Shown piece by piece: positions 38,838-51,707 of a stretch of 64,000 nucleotides of DNA. Every line of letters starts with the position of its first letter. Position 1 is the stretch's first letter. The notes under the pieces are model-generated. The model worked only from the letters and a program-made list of their open reading frames with translations, was not told the DNA's origin and searched no databases. Both the position numbers and the translations under genes were made by a program. The stretch comes from Podarcis tiliguerta (lineage: Eukaryota): the NCBI GenBank assembly GCA_965153285.1, contig OZ229120.1. The stretch is one strand, 5' to 3'.

Positions 38838-40469
38838 TAAGAAGGTAAAAGCCACTTCCCTTCTCATCCACCTTTTGCTTGTGGCCCCAACCACCATCAG
38901 CATGAGGCCTCCAGAAGCTTGTCCAGAAGGGAATGTGACCATCTAGCTAGAAAATGTTCCCCCCACCTCTACCCTAGACCAACAAACCACTTGTAAGCCA
39001 ATAAGATTGACAAGAATTGAGCCAACTCAATTTCATTCAAACCAGCACACACACACACTATCCTTCAGGGGCCATGCTTGAATTGATCAATGTCCTGCCA
39101 TCTGCAGCATACAGGCAGAACATTGGTCTCCTCTACCTTGCGGGTAGATGTGATCCGCATGCCAGGCTTTAGAATATCAATTGCCCATTAGCGCAAATTA
39201 AGCAAGCTGTCAAGCTACCAAAAAAAGCATGGAGAGATGACGATCTCCTCATTTTGCACAGCCCTCATGAAATTATAACTGATAATTAGATGGTGAGCCA
39301 GATTCATCTAACATCCACAGTATCAACAAATGACTGCTATGCACGGGCATCGTGCCTGAATCTGCTTGTACCATCTTTCAAGTGGGAAATTCCTTCTGCT
39401 TGAAATGAATGTCACATTGCTACACCACATCTCTGAAAGTTGCTGTGAATATTCTGGCAAGCCATAATTATGGGAGCTAATTTTCAAAAGGCTGTTATTC
39501 AGACAATCTCTTGCATGGACATAAGTGATACTTCAAGGATAACAAAACTAGCGAGCCTAAGCTCAAAGGTGGCAGCAATTGTGGGCAGAATTTTCAGGGC
39601 CTCATACCTGAAACACTGTCTGCCTCTCCAGTCCAGGTGTAGCAAAATAGGTTTTCAAAAAAGTGCAGTCCTTGGGAATACAAATTGTATGGCTTTTTGT
39701 TTCGTTTTTTGGAAATGGCTATATTTTTACATCTCTCAAGTTCGCTATTAAAAGTGATGTGTGTGTTTTCTTCATTTGTTGGGCTCGGACAGTTTATCTT
39801 TGTAGTTTGTATCCTCTATGTTACTGCCAAAAGGAATAAAATGTATTACCCTACCCCGAGGATGATATGCGGATACTTAAAGCTGGAGAAGCAAATTGAT
39901 TCTAGAAACTATAGGTATGATCAAGGCTGTTATGAGAAGAAGAAAAATTCACTGCATAGACATTTTGCATATCAAATACGAGGTTTTGAAGGGCACCTTC
40001 ACCAAGGATATGCTCAGATGTTCTTTTATCTAAAAATATGTGATTTTTGTACTCAGGGATTTCAAAGAGATTCAGCCAATGCTATTTATGTTACTATATC
40101 AGTGACATTTTTGTGGCTTCCAATTAAATATAACAACAACTTATTTATTCTGGACAAGAGCAGGTTTCAGGGTTTAGCAAAATATTGTTGCATGCATCTG
40201 TCTCTGAGTTGTGAGAGATTTTGAGGGTCCCATACCATGGAATGAAGGTCACTGAAGACTAATGGCAGCTATATCTGTGATACAATCCTTATTTACACAT
40301 ATGCACAGGCTGAGCTTGAGATGGACAGATCCAACAGATCCTGTTTTCTATCAAATTTCTAGGTGAGGCACCAAAGTCACAGTTTCTGATTCTCTCAGAG
40401 AGCAACTCTGTGTCTCTTTCTATACCAATTCCAATGCAGTAATGTTTAGTGGTGAGGTAAGACAAGTTG

Positions 40470-40825
40470 GGGACGCGGGTGGCGCTGTGGGTTAAACCAC
40501 AGAGCCTACGACTTGCCGATCAGAAGGTCGGCGGTTCGAATCCCCACGACAGGGTGAGCTCCCATTGCTTGGCCCCTGCTCCTGCCAACCTAGCAGTTCG
40601 AAAGCATGTCAAAGTGCAATTAGATAAATAGGTACCACTCCAGCGGGAAGGTAAACGGCGTTTCCGAGCGCTGCTCTGGTTCGCCAGAAGCGGCTTAGTC
40701 ATGCTGGCAACATGACCTGGAAGTTGTACGCCGGCTCCCTCGGTCAATAAAGCGAGATGAACGCTGCAACCCCAGAGTCGGTCATGACTGGACCTAATGG
40801 TGAGGGGTCCCTTTACCCTTTACCT
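40470..40825 (+). mobile_element. Sauria SINE
   Basis: 12-bp TSD TAAGACAAGTTG (40458-40469 and 40826-40837). Confidence 0.93.
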
Positions 40826-41188
40826 TAAGACAAGTTGAATAAGAAATAGTTTTATTTAAAAAGTATGTATACCAGGTCTTCTCTCCTTTAACTACTTTCT
40901 CATTGTGCTTCTAGCCCAGCCTCCTGCTTGGGCCTAATATTCTAAACTAGACATGGGAGGTATCCAATTGGGCTCCAAACTCAGTGTTATAGATTATTTG
41001 TTTAGTGGATGGCTCAACTTGCATTTTTTGCTCCCCTTTTTATACCCACTACTCTCTCCGTGCTTAAATTTCTTTTCCAGCCACGCTCATAACAATTTCT
41101 AGCACTTGATTTTCTCTTGATTTTCCCATTGATCCCTCAGATTTGCACAAACCAGAACACTGGACAAGCAAACCACATTAAAAAATCA

Positions 41189-41644
41189 CCGTATTTTTCT
41201 GTGTATAAGGCAATGTTTTTTGCTAAAGAAAATTAGGGGGAAATTGGGTGTTGTCTTATACACGGATAGTGAATGCAGAGGAGGGACGTGTGATTAATGG
41301 CAGCAACAAACAGGAGATTGGCACCAGCGACTGGGCAGATGATTGGTGGCTGTGGTAAGGCCTGCTGGCAATTGGCTGTGGCAATTGGGCAGGCGATTGG
41401 CAGCTGCGGCAAGTGGGGAGGTGGGCCGTTGGTGGCGGTGAGCGGGCAGACAATTGGCTGTTGCGGTGAGGTGTGCGATTGGCAGTGGCTGTGGCAAGCG
41501 AGTGGCGGGCAGGTGGGTGAGCGATTGGCAGAAGTGACCTCCCTCACCCCCCAAAAAGCTAAACAACTTAATTTCTCAATTTTGCGTTAAAAAAAATAGG
41601 GGTCCTCTTATACATGGGGGCATCTTATACACGGAAAAATACAG
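41189..41644. mobile_element. Tc1/mariner-type MITE (CCGTATTTTTC ends) with internal GATTGGC-type tandem repeats
   Basis: TIRs CCGTATTTTTCTGTGTATAAG / CTTATACACGGAAAAATACAG, with TA at the right end. Confidence 0.8.
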
Positions 41645-43825
41645 TAATTCTACAGCAGAAATTACACAGCATTTTAATCTGAAAAGTATGTACTGAGGAT
41701 CTACAACTGCTTTAATTTCTTTGACAGCTGTGGTCTACATTATTTCCATTGCTCCTGAACAGAGGAGCATGCATCCCTGCTTTTTCTTTCTCAGATTTGC
41801 ACAAAACCAGAAAACTGGACAAGCAAACCATACTAAGGGGAAATTGTAACGTGACTTCCTTGTACAGTTTTCTGGTTTTGTGGAAAACTGAGGGATCAAA
41901 ACAAAAAGAAAATACATCAGATATTGCACAGCTACCTTCCCCCACACCTTGTTGGTACTTAACCAGCATAATAGAATCAACAGATCCGAAGGTGGAGACA
42001 AGCACAAAAGGGTATAAACAGTAAAGACCGCAGTTGCTCCTCATATACAGATTCAAGCATGTATGGGTGTAGACAACTCTGGTATAATTCAAATGGGGGA
42101 AAGAGGATTAACAGCTTCTATAATGCTCACATGTGGACATGCCCCTCACTCCCAGCCAGGAGAGGAAGAGGAAGACATCTCCTCTTCTGCTTATTTTCTG
42201 GAAAGATCTTCTATTGATTTAGAATACTTTCATTTGCAATCACATGGCAGTATACAGTAAAAAGAAAGAAAAACATTTAATTACAAAACAAAAGAACAGC
42301 TAGTAGGCCAAGAAAGGCGTAACATTAATAAATACTACCAACTGGTATCTGTGGCGACTCATGGCTCTAGCTTGCACAATGAAGCAGATACTTACCAGAT
42401 ATGGCCGGGATAATTACTTAATGTGGAAACTGATGTGTCTATTTTTTGTAGTTCTTCTTTCCAGTGAAGGAGCCCAGCCCAGTCTGCCCTCAGCCATCTC
42501 CTCACCTGTCTGCCATTTGAAGAGGTGGCACTATCAACCTCCTTGTCAGGGTGAGAAGTATCCCTCACCCAGTGCAGGTAGCACTTTAGGATCCCATAGC
42601 CTAGCCCATTATATGAAGAAAACGTCAAAGTCTGACCCTATATCTCTGTGCTGAGTCAACCAGTGCTTAGTTTCTGCCAAAAGACAACTTCTAAGATGCA
42701 CGTGCTGGAAGTTATTTTTGTTTTATTTATATTGTTTTATATCTATTTAGTTATATTGTGCTTTCAAAGCACTCAGGGCTCTGCTAGGAGCTTTCCAGAT
42801 TCTATCAACAGCTTGTAAGTTACTTTAATAAAATAGGCAGAAATAAATCTACCCTATCAATGAGACAGAACCGTCGATGGTATTGTGCAAGACTCAATAA
42901 AATATACACCCTGAGCTACACATCTAAAAAAATGAATTTTCACAACTATCATGCTCATAAAACACATCTCATTGTCTTTTAAATTGAGTTTAAAATAAAG
43001 GTTCAGAACTGAGCCCTACAACGTTGCGCGTTCCCTCTGTCATGCTTTGAATGTGGTTGCGGATAGCATAAGATAGATCATTTCATGGCACCACCAGCAT
43101 ACATATTCACGGAATTTATTACTGAGCTCATGCCAGCTGAATTATGGATGCCGGCCAAAAGACGCTTGAACACAGAACTCTTGGAATGTCTCCCTTGTGG
43201 TGGTTCGGAGGCAGTGAGCTGCATTAGGAAAGAGCGTGGATACCGAGTGAGGCAGCAACTGTTACATTCCTGGATAGTTTGATTTAGTGCGGAATTTTTT
43301 ATAGACAGATTCGGTGGTAACCCTTTCATTCCCAGTGCCCCACAGGGACTCAAAACACTTTTCATGGCGCACACTTTAAAGTTCCTGCAGTGTTTGGAAA
43401 TGTGATATTGTCAATGTTCCCTGGGGCACTCAATTATGAGATCCTTCTGTGGCTGTCAAAAGCCAGTCGTTCAGAAGATTACTCTTTTCCATTCTTGAAA
43501 ATGATGTGGGGAAAGAACCAAATATAGAATCGAGACTTGGTTCTTTCTCTCCTAATTATTTTTGGGGAACATTTTGAAATGTTTGGGTTTCTGAAAAGAC
43601 TGTGCTTCATGCATGGGTGCCAAGTTGACTAAAGTATTGGGCAGGGCGCAGGTTAATCCCTGCCCCACCTAATCGATCACAAGACACTGTGCACATGCTC
43701 CATCTGAATGGCAATGCCAATCAAATGGGGTGGGGCTCCCTCAAATATTGTATTGGGGGGACAACGGGACCTCAGCCCTTAGATGTTAACTCCTGTGCCT
43801 TCATGTTTACAACTATGCATACCTT

Positions 43826-43950
43826 GGGAAAGCTCAGTCGGTAGAGCATGAGACTTTTAATCTCAGGGTCATGGGTTTGGACTTCATGTTGGGGTTAAAC
43901 TAGATGACCCTTGTGGTCCCTTCCAAATCTACAATTCTATGATTCTATGA
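43826..43950 (+). mobile_element. SINE-like element: tRNA-Lys-derived head plus CR1 3' tail
   Basis: AGCTCAGTCGGTAGAGCATGAGACTTTTAATCTCAGGGTC... followed by CTAGATGACCC...TCCCTTCCAA...(ATTCTATG)2. Confidence 0.85.
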
Positions 43951-44306
43951 TCTGTATGAAATATGGGTGTATGTTTGGATAACCAGTACCATCTCATCTT
44001 TTGAGCTAATTGGACATTTATCTTGCAGAAAAGCTTGTTTTCGTATCTGGTAAAGTGACCTGTCAAATATTTTCAAAAGACACAGTGATCAAACATTGCC
44101 AAATATTCTATTAAGCCAAAGATGGCACTTTTGGATTTAATTATGATGTCCTTTGTTAGGAGGGAAGGAGCGTGCAATGCTTGCCCCCTAGCTCTGCAGC
44201 AGTCTGGGAAAAACATAGCAGTACAGCAATGTTTCTCTTAAGGGCCGCTTGCAGTAACTGCAGACATCACCAAACAAGAACAGCATCTATCTGTCATCAG
44301 TGGCAA

Positions 44307-44685
44307 TAATAATAATAATAGTAGTAGTAGTAGTAGTAGTAATTATTATTATTATTATTTATTTATATCCCGCCCATCTGGCTGGGTTTCCCCAAAGAAT
44401 CTGGGCAGCTCCCAACAGATTAAAAACAGAATGAAATATTCATCCTTAAAAACTCCCCTTAAACAGGGCTTCCTTCAGATGTATTCTAAAAGTGGATAGT
44501 TGTTTATTTCCTTGACATCTGATGGGAGGGTGTTCCACAGGTCGGATGCCGCTACCGAGAAGGCCTGGTTCCCTGTAACCTCACTTCTCACAGTGAGGGA
44601 ACCGCCAGAAGGCTCTTGGTGCTGGACCTCAGTGTCTGGGCTGAACAATGGGGGTGGAGACGCTCCTTCAGGCATACTGGGACGA
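44307..44685 (-). mobile_element. L2-type LINE 3' end with compound (AAT)(AGT)(ATT) microsatellite tail
   Basis: Minus strand reads AFSVAA.DLWNTLPSDVKEINNY. Confidence 0.75.
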
Positions 44686-45797
44686 GGACTGCCCATGACA
44701 CCATCTTTATTTTTCTGCAGGAAATGAGGAGAACACCCCTCATTGAAACCTCAGTGTTGAAACCTTTCCCCTCCCCCAAACAATGGAAAATTGGACAGTG
44801 ACTAGTGAAACGCTAGAAATGCTCATTTCAATCTGAGCAAACCTTTGATTTTTAGAAGTCAACAATAAATATAATGACAAATGTGGAGAAGCAGAAGAAA
44901 CAGAAATGGATAGTGGTAGCTCTGAAAAATGAAATTGATTAAATTCCATGTAGTCTTAATTCAGTCTGGCTTTTCTCCTTTTTGCAGCTCTTTCTATGAA
45001 AATGGGTGTTTTATATCTGTTGGGCACTGTGGAGGACTGAAGGAAACTGGGTTGTATTCAATGCTAGTCCTACTACGAGTAGACCTACCAATGTTAATAG
45101 ATAGAACTAACTTAGGGTCATTAATTGCAAGGTCTCTACTTTGAGTAGGAATTCTTCAATAGAACTCATAATAAGTTTCTTTACTATAATATTGATGGTT
45201 TCTTCTACCTTTGTTGTTTTTTGCCTCCTCATAAACTGGCAAAATAAAAGACATGCTAGGTTCCTTACTGTTCAGCAGCTTATAGCTTTGTTTGTATCAA
45301 AATAAAAAATAAAAAGCAAAATCAATTGACTGAATATTGACTAAATAAATTATATTTTTTTAATATACCAAATATTTAGTTGCAAACAGGTTGCACATAA
45401 TACATATTAATGTTCCTAAAGTAACAAAATGACTTTTGATCTGTAAGGGAAGATGGATGGCATGTCCCCAGAGGCAGGGAGCTGTGGTCCTGTAATGAAG
45501 GCTAGCTGTATAAATGATTCCAAGAAGGAAGAATGCAGGGCAAAATTGCATTAGATTGCCCTGGTGTCCAGGGAAAGACCCACGTCCTGTTCCGTGACAT
45601 GGAGCATCTCATAGTAATATATGAAGACTCGCTTTCTCACTGTATTAGGAACTATTTGCAAATATGAATATGAAATATGAAAGTAACAATTCCCCCAAAT
45701 TTTTTAGCTGCACAGCTTGACTGCCTGAAATTAAGTGCAGCAATGGATAACTGAAATAATTTCCTTCTCATAAAATACCACCTGACTATAGGAGTAT

Positions 45798-46130
45798 CAT
45801 TGGCGTAGCGTGGGGGGTGCAGGGGGGGCCGGCCGCACCGGCCGCAACATCTGGGGGGGGCACTCGCACTCGCAGCTCTCTGCCCCTACCTGGCTCACTC
45901 ACTCTCTCTCACTGCAGTGCTGGCTGTGCGAATCCGATCCAAGCCACCGGGTCGCCGCCCACTGTGGAGGGGAAGGTGCCAGGCGTGCGGTGCGGTGTGG
46001 AGAGAGAGCGAGGGACTATCTGGGGGAGGGACAGTGCAGCGGGGGGTGCAAATTACTTGCCTTGCCCCGGGTTAGGGGGCGCAAATTACTTGCCTTGCCC
46101 CGGGTGCTGACAACCCACGCTACGCCACTG
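45798..46130. mobile_element. Second copy of the 32900-33239 MITE in the opposite orientation
   Basis: Near-identical reverse complement; imperfect TSD AGGAGTAT / GGTAGTAT. Confidence 0.92.
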
Positions 46131-47343
46131 GGTAGTATATATCTTTATAAGCTTTTCCAACATATGTGGAGTGCTTTTCAAATATTTTAATTTCAAAGGG
46201 GGCTATTAAGACCCTCTCTTCAGGTCTCCCACATTCTGCTGAAGTAACTCCATTTAAAAAGATGCAAAAATGTATTTCAAGTAAAGAACTTCAAATCCAT
46301 TGCTTCTCTGCAATGCAAGAGACTGTAGGTGAGTCACAAATACTCTGCATCAGCAAAGGGCAAACACAATCCCTATTCCTTTTATAACATATGGTAAATG
46401 TTTATTGAATACATATATTTTCATACTATGGCAGGAATCCACCCAACGCTCATCAGAGAATATGGCATGATCTTTTACAGTACATAATCAAATGAAACTG
46501 CATTATATAGCATGACAAAGGTCTGTTATTTTATCAGAACAAGTTATTTGTTGTTTACTGCAGCAACATTTTTTTCCTCAAAATGTATATTCTGTACCTT
46601 GAAAAAAAAAGTTATTGAAAACACCTCAGAAATGCTCTGCATAACATAAATGAATCCAGAACAGTCAAATGAGTAATATCCACTCAGTACGGGTATAACC
46701 CACTCCTAACTAGCTCCTGCTAGTAAATGAACTTCTCAAAAGGGATAATATTTTTTTTTTAATAGTGAGCAAGGAATTTTGATGATTCATTGAGACAAAA
46801 TTCCAAAGTGCCAAGGTTGCAAGTGGATTTGACTCCAGGTGAATTTGGAGTTTACCTTTGAAACATTTTTTGTTGTTGAATCATAACATCCTGGGAGACT
46901 TAAATGCTACTGTCTGAGAACAGAGGGGTTTTTTTGTGGATTACTTGCAATATCTTGCTTAGCATCACTCAAGTTGGCCCATACATGGCAAACAAGTTCT
47001 GAAGATGAGAGTGCTGGCAGCAAAGGGATTGAAGATTAAGGATCCACATAGACACCCTTGCTGTGAGACTGTCTAGGCCGGACGTTTCAGCCCCAACTCT
47101 TAACCAAGGTGAGGCCCACCAGAATTTTGGGCTGGGCTATTGTTTATTTGGTTGCGTACTTTTGGTGCCTTGTCTATTGCTTATGACTACTTTTGTTATG
47201 TTTGTAGTTATGTGATTTTAAAAAATATTTTGGAAGCTGTCTTAAGCATGGTTTTAACTGCCTCAATGAGGGGAAAATCCCCTAACTGACATCTTATAAC
47301 CTTGAAAACATCCATTAATCTATAACATAGTATAATGAGCCTG

Positions 47344-47690
47344 AGGAGACTCTTGAGAGTCCCATGGACTTCAAGAAGATCAAACCTATCCATTCTGAAG
47401 GAAATCAGCCTGAGTGCTCACTGGAAGGACAGATCGTGAAGCTGAGGCTCCAATACTTTGGCCACCTCATGAGAAGAGAAGACTCCCTGGAAAAGACCCT
47501 GATGTTGGGAAAGATGGAGGGCACAAGGAGAAGGGGACGACAGAAGACGAGATGGTTAGATAGTGTTCTCGAAGCTACCAGCATGAGTTTGACCAAACTG
47601 CGGGAGGCAGTGGAAGACAGGAGTGCCTGGTGTGCTCTGGTCCATGGGGTCACGAAGAGTCAGACACGACTAAATGACTAAACAACAACA
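47344..47690 (+). mobile_element. RTE-BovB LINE 3' fragment
   Basis: Near-identical to the 3' part of 9311-9762; (CAA)n tail. Confidence 0.92.
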
Positions 47691-48865
47691 TGAGATAGAA
47701 AAAAACTTAAGTGTCTTAGTTCCATACAATAATCCTTTGAACAATAAACATGCATATGTAATACAAATGCTTATGATCTGAAATCCCAGAGAAGTAATAA
47801 ACTGTTGTAATCCTGGTAAGATTAGATTAAGTGGTTTGATAGGATGGCTAGCATAGGGACATTTGCTTTCATCAGCGCTTTTTTTCTGGCAGAATGCTCC
47901 GGAATGCAGTTCTTGGACCTTTTTCTTTTCCCAAATCAGAGCCTCCCATCTTCTTCCCAAAGCCCAGGAAGCTTCTGCCCATCTGAGGGAGGGAGGCGCA
48001 ATGCTCTGGCAGAGTCCGGGAGCCCTCCCACCTCCTTCCCAAAGCCCACCCAGGCAGATTCTACCAAAGCAAATTCCCATGGAACTGTCCACAGAGCAGT
48101 GCACCAAAATGTGGCCACTCCTTGCTCGCCTGCCATGTGATGAAGACTGGCATTCGTGCGAGAGCATATTATATCAATAAGAGTATTCAGAAATGCTCTG
48201 CGGCAGCTGAAGACATACATAGGTCATTCAATATTTTTTACGAAGTAGGCTATATGATTCCTGTATCGAGTGAAAAATGCAGTGGTTGGCGCTGCAGTGT
48301 TGCAACTGCCACCATCAATATTTAGCCTTGCATATTTGATGATGCAACTGCTCTGATGGAAAAACACAAGCATATCTTTGCCTGAGCAGTTGTCATTAGT
48401 GACATTTATCTGGAAAGATGTAGACAGTGTGTTAATGGAAGTGGCTGTTACAGTACCATCTCTCTTCTCACCTCTCTTTCCAAAAAGCTTAATGGAGAGG
48501 CAAAAGTGATGAAAGTTAATAAATGCTGCTGTCGGGTCAGGGAGCCTTACCTGTCCGTTTGAGAACAGTTTCTTAACTGCATAGTGATTTGCTGTTCTAG
48601 AGATCCAATGGTTGTATTAAAGCTTTTCAAATTAAATTATGCAATACTTTGGACTGCAGGAACATAAAAAATCATGAAAATATCACGATTTACTGTTTAG
48701 TTCTGTTTCTCCAAACTTTACTACACTAAGATTCTAAAAATGAAATATACTTATTTTTCTTCCTTTCAATGAAGGTTTAGAAGGTGTGTTTTTACTGTTA
48801 TTATTATTTAGATCCACCAGGTATGGCTGGGGCCACCCAGTCAGATGGGCAGCATATAAATGATA

Positions 48866-48901
<36 letters not shown>

Positions 48902-51346
48902 GAGTGACAGCTCTAGATATTATTAAAATATGCTATTTTAAATCTTATGTAATATGCATTGAATATTTCTGAAATATGGGGGAGGGTTATGCACTGACCA
49001 CAGGTGCTGGTATCTTTCTATAATATTCAGTATTATGTGGCAATATTGACTCTTGAGTTTTTAACAAATCCAAATTTGACACAAAGCGTATGGCCCCTTT
49101 AAGTGCAGGGCTGTTATCCCAGTCTGTATTGAATTTGAAATTGTGTTACATATGAAACTGTTTTATATGTATTTATTGTTAAAGTACTTTGAATGGTTTT
49201 GGCGAAGCAATTCACAGTTGGGATTAAATAAAAAGTAAATAAGTATTTATAAGATGGCAACCTAAGAACAGGAATTTCTTAAGTTTATTGCACAGTGTCA
49301 CCTATGTCATATTGGGCCACACACATGCTACTCTTATTGCAAATACAGGAGAGAATATGGAATAAATATGTACTTCTGAACAAATATGCATGTGATGGCA
49401 CTGTATCAATGTGGCCCTAAGTATTAAAGTGGACGTAAGTATAATTTATCTGGGGATTCAGCTAGATTGGTAAAGAAAAAGTGCTTTATATACCATACGT
49501 TGTATATGTGATATAACACTGTGACACCAGATGGTGCTATGGAGTCCTGTCCTTCCCTACCGCATTTCCCCGTATGCGTTTACAACACGTTTAACTGAAT
49601 CGCTTCTTTGACATGTCTGTATGTAGCCTGGGACTGACTGTTAAAAGGAAACCTGCTTAGGATCAGGTTGTTGGTTGGAAATGGGAAAAAAAAATTAAAA
49701 TCAAGAAATAAGGGATAATATGTTATTAGTTAAGAAGAGCTGAGATAGCAACTGGTAAGGGATATTCAGATAATATATCCAAATATTTAGTTGTGAAAGT
49801 TGTGTGAGAATTGTCTGAACAGCAGGTGAAAGGGAAGAGTCCTGGTTGTTTTTGCAAAACTTGAGGTAATTTTACAGAAAGTAAAATCAGTTTTAGGCAG
49901 ATCTGTTGAATAGAAACTCTCTTTTTTGTGTGGAGAATTGTATGCCACTGTAGTGCACTATTTTTCCTAACATATATTGAAAAAGGCTGCTTACCTATTT
50001 CTTTGCCCTAGCTTAACTAAAAAGGCTTTGTCAGTTCAAATTGTGCAGAAAAGGGCCTCACCAAAGAGGTTGCAGTGATCAAAGAGCAAACTGCGTAGGC
50101 CACTATCAAACACAGTTATTTGCATTGAGCCCATTGGCTTCCTTGCTGGATGGCAGCCATAGGGGTGAAGTGAAATGTAAAGGTCCTTTGATTTCATTAA
50201 GGGCTGTTTTGAGTATGATACGCATACTGAAATGTTTTTAATATGCTCTATATCAGATATGCAGAAACTTAAATTATTGTGAAATGTGTGCAAAAGGAGG
50301 GTATTAAGGAACAGTGGGGACGCATGAGAATCTGAGGGGCAATTGTTTTTGGAATTGTGCTTACTCCAAGACCAGGTCCCCTAATGCAATAATTTCTGTC
50401 AATGGTAGAGAAACAGCTACCTTTGTTCCCCAAATAATCCTTTGAGTGGATTTCTCTTGGGAAAACATTGGGTTGATTCAGCTTCCCAAAAATTTTGTGC
50501 GAGAGAAGGGGTTTTATCATGGATTGAGATCTACGGCAAGCCTTCATAATTCCCTTCTTATCAGATCTGAGCGACCACTAATATATATTAATTATTACAG
50601 TCCTAATGAGTCCAGCCCTTATTGTGCTTGCCTATCTCTAGGTTCCACTGAATCAAATATGGGCTTTGATTGAAAATAATTATTTCAAAGGTATTCCCCC
50701 AAGTTATATTGTTTTCATAACCTATATTGCCTATACTAGTTGTTACTGGTAGATGTGCTGTGAAAGACCTAGCTCTTCTAGTTGATCAGATACGAATCAA
50801 CCCGAGTTCCTGGTTCATTTTTACACCCTTGTTTGCACATTGCGCTTTGAGATCATAGGAACCAAAACATTAATTGATTTTTCTTGTGTAAAGACTGAAA
50901 TCATCATTGTGTTGGCCATTGTTATAGGATATGTTATGCAATAAACTTTTTATATTTATAAAAATAAATGTATACATAGATAGATAGACAGACAGACAGA
51001 TAGATAGAAGGGATTTAATCATTATACTACATGGTACCCTAATTATTCTAATTATTATTTATTCTTGGATATTGCTGTGTCAAACTAGATATTTCATTCT
51101 CCTAAATATATCCTTGAAGACTGAAAACAGGTATACAACGCTAGCTTTCAGTGTCCAATCTGATGGAGACATATCTGTAGGAAATAGCATGCTACAACTG
51201 CTGCTGATGGGTTAAGTTGACTTCATGGCATGACTCAACATTATGGTGAATGGGATTAATTTTTAGAAACCTGATGTGCTGTTCTTGAGTACTGCAAAGC
51301 TCTTATATGACATCCAATTATTAACTGATTTTAAAAATCATTTTTA

Positions 51347-51707
51347 CCGTATTTTTCGCTCCATAGGGTGCACCAGACCATAGGGCGCACCTAGTTTTTA
51401 GGGGGGGAAATAAAGGGAAAAATTTATTTCTCCCCCCCCCCAGCCCCAAAGAGCAAAGAAGCCAAGACAGCTGTCTTGGCTTCCTCTTTAGCCACGCACA
51501 ACCTCTCCAGCCGGGAGAACTCCCGCCGGGCTCTGAAGACTTGCGGATAGCTGCCTGAAACCTGGAGAGCAAGAGGGGTCGGTGCACACCGACCCCTCTC
51601 GCTCTCCAGGCTTCAGCGAAAGCCTGCATTTGCTCCATAGGGCGCACACACATTTCCCCTTCATTTTTGGAGGGGAAAAAGTGCGTCCTATAGAGCGAAA
51701 AATACGG
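51347..51707. mobile_element. Tc1/mariner-type MITE (CCGTATTTTTC ends)
   Basis: TA TSD; TIRs CCGTATTTTTCGCTCCATAGG / CCTATAGAGCGAAAAATACGG. Confidence 0.88.

Noticed and set aside
39685-40224. 179-aa ORF
   Set aside because: AT-rich, no recognisable motif and no exon structure; most likely a chance ORF.
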